A stretch of 62,316 bases of DNA, counting the filler, from Actinomycetota bacterium (GTDB lineage Bacteria; Actinomycetota; Acidimicrobiia; IMCC26256; VFJJ01), in the NCBI GenBank assembly GCA_009886115.1. It is 4 parts of 4 records of this genome, joined end to end, with 100 filler letters (N's around TTAATTAATTAA, not from the genome) between each part and the next. Parts side by side here need not be neighbours in the genome. Positions count along the whole stretch, not along the records: positions 1 to 23,993 come from VFJJ01000217.1; 3 more parts are not named here. The stretch is one strand, 5' to 3'. The notes under the pieces were generated by a model. It saw only the letters and a program-made list of their open reading frames with translations. It searched no databases and was not told where the DNA came from. Both the position numbers and the translations under genes were made by a program. This document shows, one piece after another, positions 1-9,454 of the stretch. Position 1 is the first letter of the stretch. Each line of letters opens with the position of its first letter.

Positions 1-1011
1 CGTCGCGGGCCAGGTCGAACACCCGCTCGGCGCCTGACGGCCCGGGCCTGGCGCGCCCGGGAGAGCGCAGCGGGATGGGCGTGATCGCCGGCACCGATGG
101 GATCGGCCGCCGTCAGCCCGTCACCGTTGCCGGCGTCGGCATCGGCTCCCAGGATCGCCGCGGCCCGCGCCAGCGCAGCCTCACGTCGGGCGTAGTCGAC
201 CGCGATCTCGTGGGCCCGAGCGAGATGCAGCAGCACGCCGGGATGAGCGGCCACCGCCTCGTCGGAGAGACCGTCGACGATGGCCCCGACGTCGACCGCG
301 TCGAGACCATCGATGCGGCCGGCCGGCATCGCGGCCATGACCTCAGCGGCCCGATCCGCGTCGCCTGCCGCGATGAGTGTGCGCAGCGCCACCAGGAGCT
401 CACCTCTGAGCAGGTAGCGGTCGGCCGCTCGGCGGGCCACCGCGGGATCGAGCGTCCCTTCGAGCGCCAACCAGGTCGACGACCGGGCCGGGGAGCTCCC
501 ACCAGCCGTCGCGTGTGGCCGTGAACGGCAGGCCGGCATCCAACGCTCGGGCGAACAGATCGTCGGGATCACACGCCTCGCCGGTCCCCGTCATCGCCGC
601 GATCTCCGGCGACAGCAGCGGGAGATGCGCGAGCCGAACGCACGCCGCCGATCGGCTCGGACCGAGGCGCTCGAGGATCCGTTCCACGAGGAAGCCGAAC
701 ACGGTCGGCTGTGCCGCCAGGATCGCAACCTCGACGCCCGGGTCGGCGGCCTGCGCGAGGCGGGGCCCAGCCAGCACCACGGCTGCGGCCCAGCCGCCCG
801 TCGCCTGGTGCAGCGCTCTCACCTCGACCGGGGCCAGGGCGACAGCGAAGCGATCCCGGCAGACCGCACCGACCTCGTCGACGGCGGCCCGCACGTCGGC
901 CGCCAGGGTCGACTTGCCGTAGCCGCTCCCCGCCTCGACGACCGCGACCGACGCCGAGGCCAACCGCTCGACGAGTCGTACGCGAGCGAGCCGGCCTTCC
1001 CGGACGTTCAC
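1..1011 (-). pseudogene. MalT-like STAND ATPase/regulator, internally shortened and frameshifted, running off the window start
   Basis: From GTG 1011: RVRLVERL...VVEAGSGYGKSTL (Walker A), then LHQATGGWAAAV and FLVERILE, motifs typical of MalT-like N-termini. The frame stops at 400, but a different frame from ~470 continues ARRAADRYLLRGELLVALRTLIAAGDADRAAEV to the window edge. Confidence 0.6.
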
Positions 1012-1142
1012 CCCCGCATCATGCCGACCATCCACTCGGCCGATGTGCCACGCGGCCAACGGCCCGAACCACCCCATGGAGCCGAGTTGCACCGATTCCG
1101 GCATGGTCCCTCAGCACCGCGTCCCCTGGATACGCTGCCGGG

Positions 1143-1820
1143 ATGAACGTCGCGATCCAGTACGACCCCGCCTACTCGTTGGCCACCGTTACTTTGACGG
1201 CCAACGAGCGCATCAAGTCCGAGTCCGGAGCCATGGTGTGCCACTCAGCCGGGTTTCAGGTCGAGACCTCCTCCGACGGCGGCTTCATGAAGGGCCTCAA
1301 GCGAGCGGCGCTCGGCGGCGAGTCTTTCTTCGTCAACACCTGGGTCGCCCCGGCCCAGGGTGGCTCGATCAGCTTCGCTCCCCCATACGTGGGTGACATG
1401 GTGCACGCCAACATCGAGGGCGACACGCTGTTCCTCCAATCGGGCGCGTTCGTCGCTTCGTCACCGGCATTGGAGGTCGACACCAAGTTCGGGGGCGCCA
1501 AGTCGTTCTTCAGCGGGGAAGGGCTGTTCCTGCTCAAGATCTCGGGGACGGGCGACCTGATCTTCTCGAGCGTCGGCGCCATCCACACCGTCGAGCTCGC
1601 GGCCGGCGAGGTGATGACCGTCGACACGAGCCACATGGTCGGCTTCAGCGGAGGGGTCACCTACACCGTTCGCAAGGTCGGCAACTGGAAGTCGACCCTG
1701 CTCGGCGGCGAAGGCCTGGTCTGCGACTTCAGCGGCCCGGGAATCTTGTGGATCCAGACCCGCAGCCCGCAGGGCATGGCCGGCTGGATCCAGTCGCTCA
1801 TCCCCGGTGGCCAGCAGTAA
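1143..1820 (+). CDS. AIM24 / TIGR00266 family protein
   Basis: MNVAIQYDPAYSLATV..ESGAMV..LGGESFFVN..FFSGEGLF..LLGGEGLVCDFSGPG..IQTR. A TACGCT -10 lies 6 nt before ATG 1143. Confidence 0.9.
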   Translation: MNVAIQYDPAYSLATVTLTANERIKSESGAMVCHSAGFQVETSSDGGFMKGLKRAALGGESFFVNTWVAPAQGGSISFAPPYVGDMVHANIEGDTLFLQSGAFVASSPALEVDTKFGGAKSFFSGEGLFLLKISGTGDLIFSSVGAIHTVELAAGEVMTVDTSHMVGFSGGVTYTVRKVGNWKSTLLGGEGLVCDFSGPGILWIQTRSPQGMAGWIQSLIPGGQQ

Positions 1821-2136
1821 CCGCGTCGCCGCTCGACGCCGCTTCGGTGTCACGCGCAGCCGGAGGCGATCGCCAGGGCTCGACACGCCGCCGTCATCGT
1901 CTCGGGACGGCCCCTTCCGACTCGACGCACCAGCCGTTGCCGGTCGGCGAGCTACACGTTGTCGAGGTTCGCGACCGACGCGACCCTGATCCCGTCTCCG
2001 GGTCCGACGGGCTACCTCGGTCGAGAGGCCCCGAAGCGTTCGCCGACGCACAGCCCATCGTTGGCGGCGCGTCCCGTTCGTCGCTGCTCCCATTCGTTGT
2101 CGGCGCTCGCCGGTGGCACCGGTAGCCTCCAGCGCC

Positions 2137-3117
2137 ATGCGCGTGTTCTCGGGGATCCAGCCGTCGGGTGAGATGCATCTGGGCAACTACCTGGGCGCCG
2201 TGAGCAACTGGGTCGGCATGCAGCACGAGGACGCGGTGTTCTGCGTCGTCGACCTCCACGCCATGAGCATGCCGTACGACGCCGCCGAGCTGGCCGACCG
2301 AACCGTTCGAACCGCAGCGCTGCTCATCGCCGCCGGTCTCGATCCCGACCGCTGCACCCTGTTCGTGCAGAGCCACCTCCCCGAGCACTGCGAGCTGTCG
2401 TGGATCCTCCAGTGCACGGCCACCATGGGCGAGCTCAACCGGATGACCCAGTTCAAGGACAAGGGCCGCGGCCAGGAATCGGTCTCGACGGCGCTGTTCA
2501 CCTACCCCGTCCTCCAAGCGGCCGACATTCTCCTGTATGACACCGACCAGGTGCCCGTGGGCGACGACCAGCGCCAGCACATCGAGCTCACCCGCGACGT
2601 CGCCCAGCGGTTCAATGGCCGCTACGGCGACACGCTCGTCGTACCCGAGCACGTGATACCTCCCACCGGCGCCCGGATCATGGACCTGCAGAACCCGCAG
2701 GCGAAGATGTCGAAATCGGCCGACACCTCGGCCGGGTGCGTGCTCCTGCTCGACGACGCCCGCACGGTCACCAAGAAGATCAAGTCGGCCGTCACCGATT
2801 CGGGACGAGAGGTCGAGCACGACCTCGAGGCCAAGCCCGGCATCTCGAACCTGCTCTCGATCCTCTCGGGCGTGACCGGGCGTCCGATCGCCGATCTCGC
2901 TGCGGAGTACCACACCTCCGGCTACGGGACGTTCAAGTCCGCCGTGGCCGACGCGGTCGTCGAGCACCTGGCCCCGATCCAGTCCCGCTACGCCGAGCTC
3001 GTCGGCGATCCTGCCCAACTGCGGGCGCTGCTGGCCCACGGCGCCGACAAGGCCCGCGCCGTCGCCCGTCCCGTACTGGCCCGGGTCAAGACGGCCGCCG
3101 GTCTGCTCGCCGGCTGA
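2137..3117 (+). CDS. trpS: Tryptophan--tRNA ligase
   Basis: FSGIQPSG..HLGNY (HIGH-like), YPVLQAADIL, VPVGDDQRQH, KMSKS. Confidence 0.97.
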   Translation: MRVFSGIQPSGEMHLGNYLGAVSNWVGMQHEDAVFCVVDLHAMSMPYDAAELADRTVRTAALLIAAGLDPDRCTLFVQSHLPEHCELSWILQCTATMGELNRMTQFKDKGRGQESVSTALFTYPVLQAADILLYDTDQVPVGDDQRQHIELTRDVAQRFNGRYGDTLVVPEHVIPPTGARIMDLQNPQAKMSKSADTSAGCVLLLDDARTVTKKIKSAVTDSGREVEHDLEAKPGISNLLSILSGVTGRPIADLAAEYHTSGYGTFKSAVADAVVEHLAPIQSRYAELVGDPAQLRALLAHGADKARAVARPVLARVKTAAGLLAG

Positions 3118-3248
3118 ACCCCCGACCAGGAGCCGGCCGAACCCTGACCAGGAGTGAGTACTCCGGCTCATGGGGGGTACAACTCACTCTTGGTCGGTCG
3201 GACGTGCGCCTCGGACGTGCGGTCCGGTGCCCCGCCAGCGCCAGCGCG

Positions 3249-3800
3249 TCAGTCGTCGTCGGCTGCGACGAGCGCGTCGACGACGGCCGACGGGATGCCC
3301 GGGACGGGAGCACCGCGGGTGATCACGATCGGGTTCTGGTGCATGCGGGCCCAGGTGACCACCTCGGGCGCCGAGCCGGCGAGCGCCAGTCGCTGGGCGC
3401 CGAGCTCGGGATGGCGCACATACAGGCCGAACCGTCGACGCAGACCCCGGGTGCGCGTCCACTCGGCGACCCGGTCATAGCCGCCGACCCGGGCCACCAA
3501 CGTGGCTCCCACCCGCAGCACCACGCCCAGGCCGGCGTCGAGCTTGCCGACATCGTGCACGAGCGCGGCGGCGATCCACCGCCGCTCGCCCGCATGCTCG
3601 CTTCCGGCGAGCGCCGCCTCGACCCGCCGGGCCACCGTCGCCGCGTGACGGCGGTCGTACCTCGGGAGTCGCTGCCAGAGCGTCAGCTCCTGGGGTACGA
3701 GCACGGTCTCGATCCAGGCCACGTCGGCCCGGCGGGGCGGGCCGGGCCACAGCGATCCCAATCCCCGCTTGGCCAGATGGCCGAAACGCGCCGCCATCAT
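3249..3800 (-). CDS. HD-domain metal-dependent phosphohydrolase-like protein
   Basis: DRRHA..AALVHDVGK..HPELGA..MHQ..ADDD. ATGA overlap with the upstream protease stop. Confidence 0.8.
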   Translation of the reverse strand: MMAARFGHLAKRGLGSLWPGPPRRADVAWIETVLVPQELTLWQRLPRYDRRHAATVARRVEAALAGSEHAGERRWIAAALVHDVGKLDAGLGVVLRVGATLVARVGGYDRVAEWTRTRGLRRRFGLYVRHPELGAQRLALAGSAPEVVTWARMHQNPIVITRGAPVPGIPSAVVDALVAADDD

Positions 3801-4426
3801 CGCCCGAGCATCAGGTCGACGAGCGGGTCGAGGAACGGATCGGTGACGGTGCGGAGGATGTCGGTGGCGAACAGGAGCAGGAACAGCACGACGAAGCCGT
3901 ACGGGCGGAACTTCCACCACGCCTGGAGATGCTTGGCCGGGATGAACCGCTCGATGAGCGACGCCCCGTCGAGCGGCGGGATCGGCAACAGGTTGAACAA
4001 CCCCAGGTAGCAGTTCACCACTGCGAAGAAATAGAACGTCTTGAACAAGAGAGCGCCGCTCAGGTCCGAAAGGGGGTCGGGCCGAACGAGCAGGGCGCCG
4101 ATCACGCCGAGGGCCATCAGCGCGAAGTTGCACCCCGGGCCGGCCAGGCTCACGAAGAGCATGTGGTGACGGGGCTTGCGGAGACGCCCCGGGTTCACGG
4201 GTACGGGCTTGGCGTAGCCGAAGCCGGGGAAGCCGCCGATGGCGGCCATGGCGGGCAGGATGATCGACCCGAACGGATCGACGTGCGGGATGGGATTGAG
4301 CGTGAGTCGCCCGGCCCGCTTGGCCGTGTCGTCGCCGAACATCAGGGCCACAGCGCCGTGGCTGATCTCGTGGAGGATGACCGCAACGACCAGGCAGGCG
4401 AAGAAGATGATCTTGTCTTCGGTCAC
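3797..4426 (-). CDS. Site-2 protease (M50 family)
   Basis: HEISH zinc motif, AGP, FNLLPIPPLDG, hydrophobic segments. Confidence 0.93.
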   Translation of the reverse strand: MTEDKIIFFACLVVAVILHEISHGAVALMFGDDTAKRAGRLTLNPIPHVDPFGSIILPAMAAIGGFPGFGYAKPVPVNPGRLRKPRHHMLFVSLAGPGCNFALMALGVIGALLVRPDPLSDLSGALLFKTFYFFAVVNCYLGLFNLLPIPPLDGASLIERFIPAKHLQAWWKFRPYGFVVLFLLLFATDILRTVTDPFLDPLVDLMLGR

Positions 4427-4457
4427 GAGCGAGCTCGCACCGCCGGTGTCATAGACG

Positions 4458-4805
4458 TCATCGGCGCTTCGACGCGCACGTGATGCACAAGGTTGCCACC
4501 GGGTTGGCCTCGAGCCGGGCCTCGGCGATCTCCTGTGAGCACTTCTCGCACGTGCCGTAGGTGCCGCCGTCGAGCTTGGCCAGCGCCCGCTCCACGTCGC
4601 CCCGGTGATCTTCGAGGGTCGATGCCAACGCCTCGACCTCTCCGCGTTCGGCGGTGACCTGGCCGTGATCGGCGAAGTTCTCGTCGAACTCGAGATCGGT
4701 GCTCGCCTTGCCGTGTCCGTGACCGAGCGCGACGAGCTGCTCGTCGAGGCGCGCCAGATCGGCGACGAGCTGGGCGCGGACGGTCTGATGCGAGACAGCA
4801 GCCAT
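4458..4805 (-). CDS. TraR/DksA C4-type zinc-finger protein
   Basis: Helical N-terminus, then GTYGTCEKC..I..ARLEANP.ATLCITC. Confidence 0.88.
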   Translation of the reverse strand: MAAVSHQTVRAQLVADLARLDEQLVALGHGHGKASTDLEFDENFADHGQVTAERGEVEALASTLEDHRGDVERALAKLDGGTYGTCEKCSQEIAEARLEANPVATLCITCASKRR

Positions 4806-4876
4806 GACCGTGAGTGTAGATCGCCCGGCCGCCGACGCCACCGACGTTCGCCCGGAACGTCCGCGGTCGGGCGCTG

Positions 4877-5824
4877 TCACCCCTTCGAGCGCGGATGGGC
4901 CCGGTCGACGACCTGGCGCAGGTGCTCGACGGTGATGCGCGTGTAACGCTGCGTCGTGGAGATCCGGGCATGACCGAGGAGCTCCTGCACGACACGCAGG
5001 TCGGCGCCGCGTTCGAGCATGTGCGTGGCGCACGAATGGCGCAGCACGTGCGGCCAGACCTTCTCGGCCAGGCCCACTCGTCGGGCATGGCCTTCGACGA
5101 TCAGCCAAGCCCCCTGCCGGGTGAGACGACCGCCCCGCTGGTTCAAGAAGACAGCCTCGGCGTCGCCGCGCCGCGCCGGACGCGACGGCATCATCTCCGG
5201 ACGGCCGACGGCGAACCAGGCCTCCAGGGCGCGAATCGCCAAGCGCCCCATGGGAACCACGCGCTCCTTCGACCCTTTGCCCATCACGCGCACGAGCCCG
5301 GCCTCCAAGGTGCAGGCGCCCACGTCGAGCCCGGTGAGCTCGGAGATGCGCATGCCCGTCCCGTAGAGGAGCTCGAGCATGGCCCGGTCGCGCAGCGCCA
5401 CGGGACCGTCGCCTTCGGGCGCGTCGAGCAGGCGCACGACCTCGGGCTCGTGCAGCGCCCGGGGGATGGCGTCGGGCACGCGGGGCGCCTCCACCGACGC
5501 GCTCGGATCGCCGACGACGAAACCCTCGATCACGGCGAAGCGGTGCAACGAACGCACGGCGGCCACGATCCGGGCGATCGAGGATGCCGCCAGCCCCTCG
5601 CTCGAGAGCGAGCGCACGAACTCGAACACGAGCTCCTCGGTCACCTGCCCGGCGTCGGTGACACCCCGCTCAGCCAGGAACGAACGGTAGCGGCGCAGAT
5701 CGCGTCGGTAGGCGTCGAGGGAGTTGACGGCCAGGCCCCGCTCGACCCGCAGCCAGGTTCGGTGCTCGTCGAGCAGCCGACCCAACGCGTCGACGGTCGA
5801 CCCGTCATCGAGCACGTCGGCCAC
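4877..5824 (-). CDS. xerD: Tyrosine recombinase XerD (start approximate)
   Basis: LRVERGLAVNSLDAYRRDL, TGMRISEL, GKGSKER, HVLRHS.ATH, LGHARISTTQRY. Position after pyrG-NUDIX-ald is the usual actinobacterial one. Confidence 0.9.
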   Translation of the reverse strand: MADVLDDGSTVDALGRLLDEHRTWLRVERGLAVNSLDAYRRDLRRYRSFLAERGVTDAGQVTEELVFEFVRSLSSEGLAASSIARIVAAVRSLHRFAVIEGFVVGDPSASVEAPRVPDAIPRALHEPEVVRLLDAPEGDGPVALRDRAMLELLYGTGMRISELTGLDVGACTLEAGLVRVMGKGSKERVVPMGRLAIRALEAWFAVGRPEMMPSRPARRGDAEAVFLNQRGGRLTRQGAWLIVEGHARRVGLAEKVWPHVLRHSCATHMLERGADLRVVQELLGHARISTTQRYTRITVEHLRQVVDRAHPRSKG

Positions 5825-5913
5825 CTCGGCCCGGGAGCGGGCTACCGAGGGAGGCGCCGAAGGGGATGCCGGACCGGGCGACCTTGCCCGTGGCGCCCCA
5901 GCGCCCGAGCGCG

Positions 5914-7032
5914 CTACGACCACGCCTGGGCGACCGGCACCGGCACCCGTCCGAGGGCCTCGGCCACCGCCGCGTTCACGACGTGGCCCCCGACGGTGTT
6001 GACGCCGAGCCCGAGCGCCGGATCGGCCGCGGCCGAGGCGCGGGCGCCGTTCACTGCGAGGTCGGCCAGGTAGGGCAAGGTGGCGTTGGTGAGCGCGTAC
6101 GTGGAGGTGTGCGGCACTGCGCCGGGCATGTTGCCCACGCAGTAGTGGAGCACGCCCGAGACCTCGTACACCGGGTCGGCGTGCGATGTCTCGCGTGTCG
6201 TCTCGACGCAGCCCCCTTGGTCGACGGCCACATCGACGATCACCGCTCCCGGTTTCATCCCCTCGACCATGGCCCGGCTCACGACCTTGGGGGCGGCCGC
6301 TCCGGGAACCAGCACGGCACCGATCACGAGGTCGGCATCGGCGACGGCGCGGGTCACCGATCCCCGGTTCGAAGCCAGGGTCATGATGCGGCCCTTGTGG
6401 ATCTGGTCGACCCACCGCAACCGGTCGAGGTTCCGGTCGAGGAGCACGACCTCGGCCTCCATGCCCTGGGCGATCCAGGCCGAGTTCCAGCCCACGTTGC
6501 CGGCCCCGATGACGACGACCCGGGCCGGGCGCACGCCCGGCGCCCCGCCGAGGAGGATGCCGCGACCGCCGTGGGCCCGTTCGAGCCAATGGGCGCCGAT
6601 CTGGGGCGCCATCCTTCCGGCGACCTCCGACATCGGCGCGAGCAGCGGCAGGGCGCCCGACGAGAGCTGGACGGTCTCGTAGCCGATCGCGGTGGTGCCC
6701 GCCGCGAGCAGCGCCGCGCCGACCTCCGGATAGGCGGCGAGATGCAGGTAGGTGAACAGCACGAGATCGGAGCGCAGGTAGCTCAGCTCGGATCCTTGCG
6801 GCTCCTTCACCTTGCAGACCAGGTCGGCGCTCCAGGCGTCCTCGGCCCGCGACACGATCTCGGCACCAGCGGCCCGGTACTCGTCGTCGGTGATCGACGA
6901 GCCCAGCCCGGCACCGGATTGCACGAGCACCCGCACCCCGTGGTGGTGCAGCTCGCCGACCCCGTCGGGGGTCACCGCCACCCGGTACTCGCTCGACTTG
7001 GTCTCGGTCGGCACTCCCACGACGAGGGTCAT
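5914..7032 (-). CDS. ald: Alanine dehydrogenase
   Basis: VGVPTETKSSEYRV, KVKEP, FTYLHLA, PMSEVAGR, GAGNVG, DVAVDQGGC, YCVGNMPGAVP. Confidence 0.96.
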   Translation of the reverse strand: MTLVVGVPTETKSSEYRVAVTPDGVGELHHHGVRVLVQSGAGLGSSITDDEYRAAGAEIVSRAEDAWSADLVCKVKEPQGSELSYLRSDLVLFTYLHLAAYPEVGAALLAAGTTAIGYETVQLSSGALPLLAPMSEVAGRMAPQIGAHWLERAHGGRGILLGGAPGVRPARVVVIGAGNVGWNSAWIAQGMEAEVVLLDRNLDRLRWVDQIHKGRIMTLASNRGSVTRAVADADLVIGAVLVPGAAAPKVVSRAMVEGMKPGAVIVDVAVDQGGCVETTRETSHADPVYEVSGVLHYCVGNMPGAVPHTSTYALTNATLPYLADLAVNGARASAAADPALGLGVNTVGGHVVNAAVAEALGRVPVPVAQAWS

Positions 7033-7667
7033 CGGGCACCCCGGGGAGCGGGTGCCGGGTTCGGCGCGAGGGCGCTCGGCAGCCAGCGTTCGAGGTGGCG
7101 CTGGGCGAGCAGCAGGCCGATGATCGACTTGCCGTCGGTGAGCTCGCCCCGGGCGATGAGGCCGTCGATCGCCGACAACGGCACCCGTTCGACGGTCATG
7201 TGCTGCTCCTCGGCCTTGAGATCGTGGACCTCGGCGACCGGCTGGAGGTCGGTGGCGAGGAACACATGCGTGTGCTCGTCGGTGAAGCCGGGCGAGTTGT
7301 AGAACTCGGCCAGCTTCACGATCGTCAACGGGCGCAAGGCGATCTCCTCCTCGCACTCTCTGACGGCCGTCACCTCGGGCGCTTCGCCGTCGACGTCGCG
7401 CTTGCCGGCGGGCACCTCGAGCATCGAGACCCGCACCGCGCTCCGGAACTGGCGGACCATGACTGCGACCGGCCCGTCGGGTGTGAGCTCGATCGGAACC
7501 GCGACGACGGCGCCGGGGTGGCGGACGGTCCAGCGTGCGATCTCGCCCTCGGGCCCGAGGAAGCGGTCGTCGGCCACGCTGAGGAACCCGTGCTCGCCGA
7601 CGACAGTCGACGACACCAGCCTGAAGACCTCATCGTGACCACCGGAGATCCCGCCGGGGGATGCCAT
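7029..7667 (-). CDS. NUDIX hydrolase (ADP-ribose pyrophosphatase-like)
   Basis: HPGAV, RQFR, EVPAGKRD..GEAPEVTAVRECEEE, SPGFTDE. Confidence 0.92.
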   Translation of the reverse strand: MASPGGISGGHDEVFRLVSSTVVGEHGFLSVADDRFLGPEGEIARWTVRHPGAVVAVPIELTPDGPVAVMVRQFRSAVRVSMLEVPAGKRDVDGEAPEVTAVRECEEEIALRPLTIVKLAEFYNSPGFTDEHTHVFLATDLQPVAEVHDLKAEEQHMTVERVPLSAIDGLIARGELTDGKSIIGLLLAQRHLERWLPSALAPNPAPAPRGAR

Positions 7668-9313
7668 CAGTTGATGGTCGACTCGAGCCGGTCCGGGGAC
7701 AGGTCTCGCAGGACCGCACGGGCCGTCGCGGCCTTGACGAACTCACGGAACAGCGGATGGGCCCGATCGGGTCGGCTCTGGAACTCGGGATGGGCCTGCG
7801 TGGCCACGAAGTACGGATGGACCTCGCGGGGCAACTCGATGAACTCGATGAGCCGGTCGTCGGGCGAGACGCCTGAGCACACCAGACCCGAACCCTCGAG
7901 CCGGTGCCTGTAGCGCAGGTTCACCTCGAAGCGGTGCCGGTGACGCTCGAAGACCACCTCGGTGCCGTAGGCCTCACGGACGATCGTGCCCGCTGCGAGC
8001 TTGGCCGGATAGGCGCCGAGCCGCATGGTGCCGCCGAGATCGACGATCTCGCGTTGGTGGGCCATGATGTCGATCACCGGGTGCGGGCTGAGCGAGTCGA
8101 ACTCCGACGAGTTGGCCCCCGTGAGCCCGCAGACGTTTCGGGCGTACTCGATCACGGCGCATTGCAAGCCGAGGCACAGTCCCAGGAACGGAACCTTGTG
8201 CTCACGGGCGTAGGTGATCGAGGCGATCTTGCCCTCGACACCACGCACACCGAAGCCGCCGGGCACCACGATCCCGTCGAGATCGGCCAGCAGCCCGTCG
8301 GCCAGCATCCCTTCGAGGTCGTCGGCCGAGATCCACTCGATCTGGACCTTGACGCCGTGGTCGTAGCCGCCGTGCTTGCAGGCCTCGACGACCGACAGGT
8401 AGGCGTCGGGCAGGTTCACGTACTTGCCGATGAGCCCGATCTTGACGATCTGCGTGGCCGACTCGACCCGGCGTACGAGGGCCTTCCACGACTCGAGGTC
8501 GGGTTCGGTGTCAGCGAGATTGAGGACCCGACACACGTAGTTGTCGAGGCCCTCGTCGTGCAGCACCAAGGGGATCTGGTAGAGGTTCGGCGCGTCGATC
8601 GCCGAGTGGATCCCCTCCTCGGGCACGTCGCAGAGCTTGGAGATCTTCTCCTTGAGGTGCGTCGAGATCGGGCGGTCGCTCCGGCAGACGATGGCGTCGG
8701 GCTGGATGCCGCGGCTGCGCAGCTCGGTCACCGAGTGCTGCGTGGGCTTGGTCTTCTGCTCGCCCGAAGGCCCGATGAACGGCACCAGCGTGACGTGGAT
8801 GTAGAAGACGTTGTCGCGTCCGACGTCCTTGCGGAACTGCCGGATGGCTTCGAGGAACGGGAGGATCTCGATGTCGCCGACGGTGCCGCCCACCTCGGTG
8901 ATGACCACGTCGATGTCGTCGGTGGCCAGGCGGTTGATGCGGTCCTTGATCTCGTCGGTGATGTGGGGGATGACCTGGACGGTCTGGCCGAGGTAGGCCC
9001 CCTTGCGCTCCTTGGCCAGCACGGTCTGGTAGATGGAACCCGTGGTGGCATTGGACTCGCGGTACAGGGGAACGTCGACGAAACGCTCGTAGTGACCGAT
9101 GTCGAGGTCGGTCTCGCCGCCGTCGACGGTGACGAACACCTCGCCGTGCTGGAAGGGGTTCATGGTGCCCGGGTCGACGTTGATGTACGGGTCGAGCTTC
9201 TGCATCGTGACCCGCAGGCCCCGGCACTTGAGCAGCCGCCCGAGCGACGACGCCGTGAGGCCCTTGCCCAGGCTCGATGCCACACCACCGGTCACGAAGA
9301 TGTGCTTCGCCAT
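7667..9313 (-). CDS. pyrG: CTP synthase
   Basis: [43 protein letters not shown]. Confidence 0.98.
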   Translation of the reverse strand: MAKHIFVTGGVASSLGKGLTASSLGRLLKCRGLRVTMQKLDPYINVDPGTMNPFQHGEVFVTVDGGETDLDIGHYERFVDVPLYRESNATTGSIYQTVLAKERKGAYLGQTVQVIPHITDEIKDRINRLATDDIDVVITEVGGTVGDIEILPFLEAIRQFRKDVGRDNVFYIHVTLVPFIGPSGEQKTKPTQHSVTELRSRGIQPDAIVCRSDRPISTHLKEKISKLCDVPEEGIHSAIDAPNLYQIPLVLHDEGLDNYVCRVLNLADTEPDLESWKALVRRVESATQIVKIGLIGKYVNLPDAYLSVVEACKHGGYDHGVKVQIEWISADDLEGMLADGLLADLDGIVVPGGFGVRGVEGKIASITYAREHKVPFLGLCLGLQCAVIEYARNVCGLTGANSSEFDSLSPHPVIDIMAHQREIVDLGGTMRLGAYPAKLAAGTIVREAYGTEVVFERHRHRFEVNLRYRHRLEGSGLVCSGVSPDDRLIEFIELPREVHPYFVATQAHPEFQSRPDRAHPLFREFVKAATARAVLRDLSPDRLESTIN

Positions 9314-9454
9314 GGATCCACGGTCTCCTCGTCGATAGGACTGCCGACCCGACAGGCGACCGCACCATGGCGGTCAACGGACGGTACCACATGCCCCGGC
9401 CCGGCCCCGGGACTCGTGGAGCCGTCGAGCCGCCCCGGTGCACGGGGTTTGAGG

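Noticed and set aside
2108..2128. GGTGGCACCG upstream of trpS, resembling a T-box antiterminator core
   Set aside because: I could not identify a stem I or Trp specifier loop. It sits in a short palindrome next to a plausible TAGCCT -10. An Infernal T-box search of 1821-2137 would settle it.
3169..3184. GGGGGGTACAAC, similar to the TGTCGTACCC motif
   Set aside because: Lacks TGTCG and a -10 hexamer, and lies between convergent genes
4877..5824. Tyrosine recombinase as a prophage or island integrase
   Set aside because: Sequence and context match housekeeping XerD, and no phage genes are present
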